From Armatimonadota bacterium (GTDB lineage: Bacteria > Armatimonadota > Fimbriimonadia > Fimbriimonadales > GBS-DC), in contig JBBIML010000006.1 in the NCBI GenBank assembly GCA_037444405.1, positions 64,001 to 128,000 of the forward strand: 64,000 nucleotides of DNA. The letters run 5' to 3'. Each line of letters begins with the position of its first letter. The stretch's first letter is position 1. The position numbers and the translations under genes are program-made. Shown here piece by piece: positions 43,022 through 50,881 of this stretch. The notes beneath the pieces were generated by a model that was not told the DNA's origin, did no database searches, and saw only the letters and a list, made by a program, of their open reading frames with translations.

Positions 43022-43084
43022 TGCCTGCTCGTCCTTATTTCTGACCGTTCATTTAATTTTCAGGTTCCCCTCGCTCCTCGCCTG

Positions 43085-43126
43085 CCCCCTCACCTGTGCC
43101 CTCTCCCCCACAGGCGGATGAGCGGG
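43085..43126. repeat. Degenerate inverted copy of the palindromic extragenic repeat inside the pilin operon
   Basis: ccccctcacctgtgccctctcccccacaggcggatgagcggg; compare 55518-55560. Confidence 0.55.
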
Positions 43127-43131
43127 TTGAG

Positions 43132-44949
43132 CTAATCTTTGCGGGTGAGCATCGTGTCGAAGTCGATTTTAATCTTGCGTCTGTCGGGTTCGTAGTAGAG
43201 CCGCACTTTGAGCGACAGCCCCTGCACGCCGCGGATGGCGACGCCCGTCACTTCGGGCGCCCAGCTGGCACGCGGGTGAAGCTCGGTCAGGTCGGCGTAC
43301 ACATAGCCTGTGCCATCAGGCACTTCCGAGATGCGCAGAACACCGTTCACACCCCGCCGGACCGTGCTGTCCTGACGATACCAGTATTCGCGCAGCAGAA
43401 TCGTCTTGCCCGCCTCGCTCCGATTGAAGTAGAGTTTGCTTACCGTGCGACCTGCGAAAGCCGCTTCGGCGTCGTACCAGCAGGCGTCGACAGGCATGCC
43501 ATTCAACACCGGGCTGATAAAGTAGCGGTGGGCGGCTTTCTGCACGGCGAGCGCCCAGTTCTCATGCGCCTTACACAGGATGCGCAGCTTGCGCCCGCGT
43601 AGGTAGGTGTTATTGAGCTGGATCACGCCCGCCGTGTAGTCCACCGCGAAGCTGCCCAGCGCCAGATCACCCCCTATCTGGCTGTTCTTCTGAATATAGG
43701 CGACCTGACCCGTCAGCATGTCAATCAGCACAATGTCGGGCTGTTGCTCGTCGGAGAAGCCCGGCAGATTCAGCCCTTTATACTGGCTCTGATCCTCTAA
43801 CAGGTCGCCGTACTGTTTGATGTCGGTGAAGGCGAGGCGGATGCGCCCTGTGCCGGGCACGGTGTGGTCCTCGCGCAGGATGAACCAGTCGTACACATTG
43901 TAGTCCACATTGGCGACCAGCGGGCGCTGCCCCGCCCAGTAGCGCTCGTAGAAGCCCGTGCCCGCCGGGTTGAACGCCAGCAGCCCCAGCAGCTGGTTCA
44001 CCACCTTATATTGATAGGGATAGTTGGGGTCCCAGGCATCGCCAGGGCGAAGCCGTTCAAACAGCCGCGCCGCCGAATCGGAATCGGGCACGACTCCCTG
44101 AAAGCCCATCTCATTGCGCACAGGCGGGTAGTCGCGTGGATCCAGACCCGGCACGGGCAGGGTCAAATCCACCCACACAGGGAAGGGGCGTTGCGGGTCA
44201 GTCGGGTTAAGAATAATCACCGTGGACACCTGCCGAATATCTTCGTGCCCCTCATGCAGCACGCGATAGGAGTAGTCGATTTTGTAGGCGATGGGGCGAT
44301 AGCGCAATGGGCGCAGCAGCACCTTGCCCTGCTCGTAGTCGATGCCGTACTCGAAAAGTCGCAGATTCCAGCGATATTCCGAGTTCGAATCCATCTCGAA
44401 TCGGCGCATGGGGTTGCCATACACCAGCAGGTAGCTGCTGGCGATGGGGTCCCACACATCGTCGCTGACATTGGGTGGCGGCACGGCGATGGGCGCAAAA
44501 GCGGTTTGATACAGAATCCCTTCGGTGAGGGTATAGCGCGAGCCAAGATAGGGCGCAGGCGCCCCCAGATTGACCCGCTCGCCGATAATGCGCCGAACGC
44601 GATTGACCCCGCTGGCGTATTCAGGCGGCACATCGGGCGGCAGGTTCGGCTGGACGCCCATATCGTCGGGCGAGGTGGTCGGGTCAATCACCATCACCGT
44701 CTGCCCGTTCACAACCTCATATTTGATGGGCGCAATCATATACGGCAGGTTATCCTGCCGCCCCTTGAGCCGTTCCAGCTCCTGTTGCGCCAGGCGCGTC
44801 GCCGCCTCGCTCTGTCCGGAGCGCTTCAGCGCCAGGAAGCCACTCGGATAGAGCCGAATGAACACCAGAATTGCGACCGCCAGTATCACGATCGCAACCA
44901 GCACCTCGACAAGCGAGGCGCCACCCTGCCATCGCTTCTTCCCTGCCAT
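43132..44949 (-). CDS. Giant PilV/GspI-like minor pilin (605 aa; alternative start 44982)
   Basis: KKRWQGG|ASLVEVLVAIVILAVAILVF prepilin signal with Glu+5; ATRLAQQELERLK helix. Confidence 0.85.
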   Translation of the reverse strand: MAGKKRWQGGASLVEVLVAIVILAVAILVFIRLYPSGFLALKRSGQSEAATRLAQQELERLKGRQDNLPYMIAPIKYEVVNGQTVMVIDPTTSPDDMGVQPNLPPDVPPEYASGVNRVRRIIGERVNLGAPAPYLGSRYTLTEGILYQTAFAPIAVPPPNVSDDVWDPIASSYLLVYGNPMRRFEMDSNSEYRWNLRLFEYGIDYEQGKVLLRPLRYRPIAYKIDYSYRVLHEGHEDIRQVSTVIILNPTDPQRPFPVWVDLTLPVPGLDPRDYPPVRNEMGFQGVVPDSDSAARLFERLRPGDAWDPNYPYQYKVVNQLLGLLAFNPAGTGFYERYWAGQRPLVANVDYNVYDWFILREDHTVPGTGRIRLAFTDIKQYGDLLEDQSQYKGLNLPGFSDEQQPDIVLIDMLTGQVAYIQKNSQIGGDLALGSFAVDYTAGVIQLNNTYLRGRKLRILCKAHENWALAVQKAAHRYFISPVLNGMPVDACWYDAEAAFAGRTVSKLYFNRSEAGKTILLREYWYRQDSTVRRGVNGVLRISEVPDGTGYVYADLTELHPRASWAPEVTGVAIRGVQGLSLKVRLYYEPDRRKIKIDFDTMLTRKD

Positions 44950-44997
44950 CGTCGGTTCTCGCTTACCCCATCCGAACCGCATCAGCGTGCCAGCCGC

Positions 44998-45792
44998 CTA
45001 CGGACGCGCATGATAGGGATATTGAGCCATCTCCACCGAATCCATCGGCTTAACGGCTCCGCTCAGGAACAGCACCAGGTCGTTCCTGGCACGCTCAGGT
45101 TGATTACCTCTATATGATCGATGATAACTGCACCATGTAACCACCGTTGTCGGATCAGGATTGCGATAACCGAGCTGGCGAGGGTTATCCGTTCGCTTGG
45201 GACCTATGCTACCGTCAAAATAGCCATCGCTATAGTTGGTGCCGTGTCGCTGATTCTCTATAGCATTCAGCGCGCTATTTGCCCAGAAAAGCGTGTAGCG
45301 CAGTTCGTAAGTGCCGTCGCGGCGCCTGCCAATATCATAACTGTCAAATCGATAAAAGCAGACCTGGATTAAATTCTGGGCTGACGGATCCAGCACAACG
45401 GGTTGCCCTGCCCAGGCGTGCCCTGCAGGATAAACAGCGGATGTGATCAGACGCTTATCGTCGGTGGGATTATTCGGGCAAAGGAAGATGTCATCATTTT
45501 TGAGGTAAGAGCGCAGCGGGCTTGGCGCGCGGTCAAACGGCACAGCTGTGTTCTGATTGCATGTGTAGTTACCCGTGTTGTCCACTGCATACGCGCCCAG
45601 CACGGGGGGATAGGCGTTGTAGTCCAGTTTATAGCTCTGGAGGGCGGTGTAAATCTGGCTGAGATTCGAGGTGCAGCGCGAGCGGCGGGCGTTCTCGCGC
45701 GCCGTGCCCGCCACCGGAAAGATAATCGCCGCCAGGATCGCGATAATCGCGATCACCGTTAACAGCTCCACCAGCGTAAAGCCCTTCTTCAT
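44998..45792 (-). CDS. Prepilin-type N-terminal cleavage/methylation protein (DUF1559-like pilin)
   Basis: MKKG|FTLVELLTVIAIIAILAAIIFPV..ARENARRSRCTSNLSQI..Y..DY..YP; IFLCP. Confidence 0.92.
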   Translation of the reverse strand: MKKGFTLVELLTVIAIIAILAAIIFPVAGTARENARRSRCTSNLSQIYTALQSYKLDYNAYPPVLGAYAVDNTGNYTCNQNTAVPFDRAPSPLRSYLKNDDIFLCPNNPTDDKRLITSAVYPAGHAWAGQPVVLDPSAQNLIQVCFYRFDSYDIGRRRDGTYELRYTLFWANSALNAIENQRHGTNYSDGYFDGSIGPKRTDNPRQLGYRNPDPTTVVTWCSYHRSYRGNQPERARNDLVLFLSGAVKPMDSVEMAQYPYHARP

Positions 45793-45939
45793 CGTCCTAT
45801 ACCTCGCCGCTCGAATATTGGACAGGGGTCAACCCCTTCAGGGTTCCCCGCTGCCTTCTATTATGACATATCGACGCCCTTTCCTGCCCTTTAGACCAGC
45901 AATCTGTTGAGCGGGTTCCCGACAGGTATCCTTCCCTCT

Positions 45940-47028
45940 GTGGAGCGGGAGCAGTTGAGTGCGTGGATTAAAGCGTATGCGCAGGCGCTGGGCTTTGAGC
46001 TGGTGGGGATTGCGCCTGCGGTTCGCCCGCCACATGCCGATTCGCTGCTCTGGTGGCTCCAGCAGGGCTACGCGGGCGAGATGCACTATATGGAGCGCAC
46101 CGCCGAACAGCGCACCGACCCGCAATCGCTTCTGTCAGGCGCGCGCAGCGCGGTGGTGGTCGGTCTCAACTACGCGCCTGCTGCGCTGCCCGATACCGAT
46201 TATCGAATCGCCCGCTACGCGCTCGGCGACGACTATCACGCGATTATCCGTTCCAGGCTGGAGACCCTGCTCGGCGCGATTCGCGCCCTACTGCCCGATT
46301 GCCAGGGGCGCGTGTGCGTCGATTCGGCGCCCGTGCTGGAGCGCGATCTGGCGTGGCTGGCGGGGCTGGGCTGGTACGGCAAGAACACCTGCCTGATCAA
46401 CACCCATCGCGGCTCCTATTTCTTTATTGGCGTGCTGCTGCTCACGATCGAGCTGGAGTATGACCATCCCGCGTTTGGCGGCTGCGGGCGCTGTCACAAA
46501 TGTATCGATGCCTGCCCGACAGGGGCGATTCGCGAGCCGTATGTGCTGGACGCCCGCCAGTGCATCAGCTACCTCACGATTGAACAGAAGGGCGCCATTC
46601 CGGAGGCGTTGCGCGAGCCGATGGGCGCGTGGCTCTTCGGCTGCGATATTTGTCAGGAGGTGTGCCCCTTTAATCAGCCGCGAGCGCATCAGCCGTTGCG
46701 GGCGGCGCCGACCGCCGAGCCGCGCCTCCAGCCCCGCCCGCTGCCCAGCCTGGAGGAGATTTTAACGATGGACGAGGCGGAGTTCCAGCAGCGCTTTCAG
46801 GGCAGCCCGATTCGGCGGGCGAAGTGGCGCGGGCTGATTCGCAACGCGCTCGTTGTGGCGGGCAACAGCGGCGACCCGCGCTACCTGCCACTGGTGGAAC
46901 GCTTCCTGCAACATCCCGACCCTCTCCTGCGCGAGCATGCAGGATGGGCATATCAGCGACTGACCGTTAGTTCCATCAGCGAGCCTCTAACAGAGGCAGG
47001 AACCGAAGTGTCCCTCGCGAATCGCTGA
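45940..47028 (+). CDS. queG: tRNA epoxyqueuosine(34) reductase
   Basis: GYAGEMHYM, IARYALGDDYH, VDSAPVLER, GWYGKN, CGRCHKCIDACPT, CISYLTIE, GCDICQEVCPFN. GTG 45940 chosen because TATCCT lies 7 nt upstream. Confidence 0.95.
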   Translation: MEREQLSAWIKAYAQALGFELVGIAPAVRPPHADSLLWWLQQGYAGEMHYMERTAEQRTDPQSLLSGARSAVVVGLNYAPAALPDTDYRIARYALGDDYHAIIRSRLETLLGAIRALLPDCQGRVCVDSAPVLERDLAWLAGLGWYGKNTCLINTHRGSYFFIGVLLLTIELEYDHPAFGGCGRCHKCIDACPTGAIREPYVLDARQCISYLTIEQKGAIPEALREPMGAWLFGCDICQEVCPFNQPRAHQPLRAAPTAEPRLQPRPLPSLEEILTMDEAEFQQRFQGSPIRRAKWRGLIRNALVVAGNSGDPRYLPLVERFLQHPDPLLREHAGWAYQRLTVSSISEPLTEAGTEVSLANR

Positions 47029-47034
47029 GCGTCG

Positions 47035-48264
47035 ATGCCGAAACAACCTGTTCTGCAGGCGGGCGCGGCGAAGGTCGACATCACGCCCGACATCCGCCAG
47101 ATACGGGTCCAGCTGGGCGGCTACGGCGCACGGCTGAACATGCCGCCCACAGGCGTGCATGACCCCATCTACGCGCGCGTGCTGGCGCTGCGCTATGGCG
47201 ACCAGCAGGCGGCAATCGTCGCGCTGGATCACCTGCTGGTGCCGGGCAGCCTCACGCGCGAGGTGCTGAACGCCACCCGCCTGAAGCCCGACCAGCTCTT
47301 TATGGCTGCCAGCCACACGCACTGCGCGCCCGACGCGATGGGCATGAACGAGCGGATGCGGTTCCCCATTCCGGGCGTGGCGACTTTCGTGCCAGAGTTT
47401 TTGCGTTTCACGGCGGCGCGGGTGAGCGAAGCCGTTCAACAGGCGTTCGCCCGCTTGCAACCTGCTCGGCTCGCCCTGCACGCTGAGCCGATTCCGAACC
47501 TGAACCGCAATCGGCGCGGGCGCGGCATCACCGACCCGACGATGACCGTCGTGCGCGTCAGCACGCCCACGCGCAAGCCGATTGCCCTGCTGGTCATCTA
47601 CGCCGCGCACCCCACCATCTACCCCCACACGATGATGGAGGTGTCGGCGGAGTTTCCCGGCGTGCTGCAGAACGGGCTGGAACAGACCATCGGCGACGGC
47701 ACGATTGCGCTCTACCTGAACGGGGCACAGGGTGATGTGTCGCCTGTCGCTGACGAGGGCAGCACCGATCACGAGCGCGTGCAACGCTACGGCAATCGGC
47801 TCAAAACGCACGCGCTGCGCCTGCTGGAGCGGGCGACGCCTGTGAAGCCGCGCCTGAAAACCCTTCAGGTGAGGGTGTCGCTGCCGCCGGCACGCCCGCA
47901 TCCAGAGTTCCAGCAATCGGCAGGGCGCGAATACAAAGTACCCGAAAGCCTGCTGAACGAGCTGGTGCGCCAGATTGTGCCCGCGCAGGCGCCCGTCTCG
48001 CTGATGCTGCTGGGCGAGCTGCTGATGGTCGGCTTTCCGGGCGAACCCATCACCGCGCTGGGGCTGGAGGCGCGGCGCATCGGGCAGGCGCATGGCTTCC
48101 GCACCGTCGCACCCGTCGCGCTGGTCAACGACTGGATTGGCTACATTCTCACCCGCGACGAGTACGAAAAGGGCGGCTACGAGGCGACCGTCTCTTTTAA
48201 TGGCGCGGAGCTGGGCAACGTCATCATGCAGGGCGTGCAGGAGGCGATTGCCGCCCTTCGATAA
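47035..48264 (+). CDS. Neutral/alkaline ceramidase N-terminal-domain family protein
   Basis: AGAAKVDITP, LGGYGAR, GVHDPIYARVL, ASHTHCAP, YAAHPT, NGAQGDVSP, PGEP, GYI..EYEKGGYE. Confidence 0.85.
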   Translation: MPKQPVLQAGAAKVDITPDIRQIRVQLGGYGARLNMPPTGVHDPIYARVLALRYGDQQAAIVALDHLLVPGSLTREVLNATRLKPDQLFMAASHTHCAPDAMGMNERMRFPIPGVATFVPEFLRFTAARVSEAVQQAFARLQPARLALHAEPIPNLNRNRRGRGITDPTMTVVRVSTPTRKPIALLVIYAAHPTIYPHTMMEVSAEFPGVLQNGLEQTIGDGTIALYLNGAQGDVSPVADEGSTDHERVQRYGNRLKTHALRLLERATPVKPRLKTLQVRVSLPPARPHPEFQQSAGREYKVPESLLNELVRQIVPAQAPVSLMLLGELLMVGFPGEPITALGLEARRIGQAHGFRTVAPVALVNDWIGYILTRDEYEKGGYEATVSFNGAELGNVIMQGVQEAIAALR

Positions 48265-48294
48265 ACAGCTGTCCCTTTGCGGTATAATCAAGTT

Positions 48295-49275
48295 GTGCCA
48301 CCCATTCGCTCTGTTGAAGAACTGATTGCGCTGATTCGTCAACATCCAGAGTGGCGGGAGGCTCTTTTGAGCGCGCTCCTGCCACAGGACCTGCTAACGC
48401 TGCCACAGGAGTTTCGTGAGTTTCGTGCCGAGCTTCGGGAAGCACTGGCTGCCCACGAGCTGCGCATAGCTGCTATCGAAGAGCGGATTGCTGCCGTTGA
48501 AGAGCGCATCGTCTCCATCGAGGAACAGATTGCCCGACAGCGCGAAGAGTTCCAGCGACAAATAGGCGAACTGCATCGGCAAATAGATGAGCTGCGCCTG
48601 GAGATACAGCAGATGCGCAAGGAGTTCCAGCAACAGATTGACGAGCTGCGTCTGGAAATGCAGCAGATGCGCAAGGAGCTGCAACAGCAGATTGACGAGC
48701 TGCGTCTGGAAATGCAACAAATGCGCAAGGAGTTCGAACAGCGATTTGAAGAGATACAGATGCAGCTGGCTCAACAGCGTGCCGAATATCTGGAGCGATT
48801 TGAGCGCGTGGAGAGCGAAATCAAAGCCATCAAGGACGATATGGGCAGGCTCAAGGGCGATGTGCTGGAGATGAAGTGGGGTCAGCGCGCCAGGTCCTAC
48901 TTCGGGCGAATCCTGCGCAAGGTACAGGTCTATATTCCCGGCGAAATTTGTGATGAGATAGAAGATCGGACGCCGATTCCAGAGCCGCAGCGCACTCAGT
49001 TGCTGGAGCTGGACTATGTGGTTCGTGGGCTGCGGCGCACCGACGGGCGCGAAATCTATCTGGCAGTGGAGGTGTCGTGGGGCATTGGAGTAACGGATGT
49101 GATACGGGCACGCGATAGGGCGCAGATTTTGCGCGATTATGGCTACGCTGCCTATCCTGTGGCGGTCGGCGTGGAGGCGACGCCCGAAGCCCGCGCGCTG
49201 GCAACAGCAGAAGGCGTCGTGTTGATGTTCGATTCCACCATTCAGGGCGCGGAACAGCTGCAGGTCGAGCACTGA
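48295..49275 (+). CDS. Coiled-coil repeat protein with C-terminal PD-(D/E)XK-like nuclease fold
   Basis: LIRQHPEWREAL N-domain, heptad repeats, LDYVVRG..LAVEVSWGIG..DVIRARDRA; GTG start 6 nt after TATAAT. Confidence 0.75.
   Translation: MPPIRSVEELIALIRQHPEWREALLSALLPQDLLTLPQEFREFRAELREALAAHELRIAAIEERIAAVEERIVSIEEQIARQREEFQRQIGELHRQIDELRLEIQQMRKEFQQQIDELRLEMQQMRKELQQQIDELRLEMQQMRKEFEQRFEEIQMQLAQQRAEYLERFERVESEIKAIKDDMGRLKGDVLEMKWGQRARSYFGRILRKVQVYIPGEICDEIEDRTPIPEPQRTQLLELDYVVRGLRRTDGREIYLAVEVSWGIGVTDVIRARDRAQILRDYGYAAYPVAVGVEATPEARALATAEGVVLMFDSTIQGAEQLQVEH
48580..48742 (+). repeat. In-frame 54-nt (18-aa) tandem repeat, ~3 copies
   Basis: QIDELRLE(I/M)QQMRKE(F/L)QQ repeated; cagattgacgagctgcgtctggaaatgca recurs at 54-nt spacing. 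Confidence 0.9.
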
Positions 49276-49288
49276 TCGATTACAGGAC

Positions 49289-49316
49289 TTGACAATCGCT
49301 GCCGATATGGTATAAT
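49289..49316 (+). promoter_or_regulatory. Consensus sigma70 promoter of tRNA-Ser
   Basis: TTGACA-16 nt-TATAAT with TGG just before the -10, ending 14 nt upstream of the tRNA. Confidence 0.88.
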
Positions 49317-49330
49317 AGCCCATGCAAGGC

Positions 49331-49426
49331 GGAGGGTTGCCTGAGTGGTCGAAAGGGGCCGCCTGCTAAGCGGTTGTAGGGGGGTTATGCCCTCTACCCC
49401 GGGTTCGAATCCCGGACCCTCCGCCA
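49331..49426 (+). tRNA. tRNA-Ser (anticodon GCT)
   Basis: Acceptor GGAGGGT/ACCCTCC + GCCA; anticodon arm GCCGC-CTGCTAA-GCGGT; long variable arm; T arm CCGGG-TTCGAAT-CCCGG. Confidence 0.97.
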
Positions 49427-49453
49427 TCTATCTTTACCAGAGGCTCAGGGGAG

Positions 49454-50842
49454 ATGACTCGCTCGGCACGGTTCGCCTGGTGGTGGCTGATCCTGCTCTT
49501 TTGCTTCTTCATTCTGCTTAACAGCCTGATCTTCCTCTATCTATTCACCCGTTCGAGCCGTGTCGCCCCCATCGATAAAGCAGCTCTGTTCGAAATTGGT
49601 CTGGAGGTGCGTCAGGCAGTTGCGTTCACAGCGTCGCCCCTGCTTGTTAGCGAGTTCAAATCGAGCGCTGAATCGGCTGCCCGCACGCTTCAGGACTATT
49701 ATGGCACCGATGCCGAGTGGGAGGCGCGGCTCTATGTGGCGCTGCTGGAGCGGTCCGCGGGTTTCGGAGACCCGGCACGCACCTTGCAGCCGCTGGCAGA
49801 TTCGCCCTCGATACGGCTCACCGCGCCTGAGCGTCGTTGGTACGCCGCGCTCTGGCAGGACGCCCTGCTAAGCGAGCTGAGCGCGGATCGGGTGGCACGG
49901 CTGCGCGACGCACTTGAACCCAGCGCGCCCCCGCTCGCCCTTCAGCTCGCCGAGAGCGTGATGTGGAAACGGGTCGGCGATAACCAGAAAGCGCAGGCAG
50001 TTCTGCACACGGCGGGCTGGCAGAGCGTCGCGCGGGTCGGGCTGATGGGCGTCCTCTTTTGCTGCGGTGGGCTGCTGGGTATTGCGGGCGTTGGGCTGTT
50101 CATCTGGTATCTCGTGCAGCGGTTTCCGCTGCCCGCCCGACCGTTTCCAGAAGCTCCACCCGACGCGCTGGACCCCGCCCTGCACGCACTCGCCGCGTTT
50201 TTTATCTTCTCGTTCGCCTGCGATGCGTTCTTCAGCGACATTCTCTCGCTCACACCCGAATGGCGACGCTACTATTCCGAGCAGGCAGCATCGGCGCTGC
50301 TCTACTCCCTGGCAGCGCTGTTATCGGTCGGTTTTCTGGTGCTACCCGATGAGCGCGCGCCATCTCATTGGTTGTCTCTGCGCTGGCGATGGCGAACGGA
50401 TGCGGGCGCCACGCTGGCAGGCTTGAGCATCTATTTGCCGCTGGCGGCGCTGGCTGCGCTGCTGGTGAGCCTTATCCTGCCCGACCAGCAGACTAACCCA
50501 ATGGCGGACCAGCTTGTCAGCGCGCCCGATCCGCTTGCTTTCTGGACGCTGGTGTTCCATGCGGTTCTCTTTGGACCGTTTATTGAGGAGGTGCTGTTTC
50601 GCGGGGTTCTGTTTCAGGCGTTGTGGCAGCACACGGGTCGTGTCTGGCTCAGCGCGCTGGTGAGCGGCTTTCTGTTCGCGATTGTGCATCCTCAGTTTTT
50701 GAGCGGGCTGCTTCACCTGGCGCTGCTGGGGACAGTTCTGGCGATAGTGTACGCGCACACGCGCTCGCTGCTGCCCTGCATTATCCTTCACGCGCTCAAT
50801 AACAGTGCCGTGGTGCTGATGGCGTGGATGCTGACGAGTTGA
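49454..50842 (+). CDS. CPBP (CAAX/Abi) family intramembrane metalloprotease
   Basis: GPFIEEVLFRG, FAIVH, ILHALNN. Confidence 0.9.
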   Translation: MTRSARFAWWWLILLFCFFILLNSLIFLYLFTRSSRVAPIDKAALFEIGLEVRQAVAFTASPLLVSEFKSSAESAARTLQDYYGTDAEWEARLYVALLERSAGFGDPARTLQPLADSPSIRLTAPERRWYAALWQDALLSELSADRVARLRDALEPSAPPLALQLAESVMWKRVGDNQKAQAVLHTAGWQSVARVGLMGVLFCCGGLLGIAGVGLFIWYLVQRFPLPARPFPEAPPDALDPALHALAAFFIFSFACDAFFSDILSLTPEWRRYYSEQAASALLYSLAALLSVGFLVLPDERAPSHWLSLRWRWRTDAGATLAGLSIYLPLAALAALLVSLILPDQQTNPMADQLVSAPDPLAFWTLVFHAVLFGPFIEEVLFRGVLFQALWQHTGRVWLSALVSGFLFAIVHPQFLSGLLHLALLGTVLAIVYAHTRSLLPCIILHALNNSAVVLMAWMLTS

Positions 50843-50881
50843 GAGGTACAATTCCACATCTTTGTTCGCCAAGGAGGCAGG

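Noticed and set aside
28771..45117. Long plus-strand ORFs (e.g. 28771-30546, 32854-35304, 37885-39594, 40988-43135)
   Set aside because: Antisense shadows of the minus-strand pilus genes, typical of high-GC DNA; no recognisable motifs.
45820..45850. GC hairpin in the pilin 5' leader as a regulatory RNA
   Set aside because: It is only an imperfect short stem with no family signature and cannot be supported from sequence alone.
49331..49426. Long (96-nt) tRNA considered as tRNA-Sec
   Set aside because: The anticodon is GCT and the acceptor stem is the normal 7 bp, so it is an ordinary type II tRNA-Ser.
49242..49427. 61-aa minus ORF MAEGPGFEPG..
   Set aside because: It is the reverse complement of the tRNA gene.
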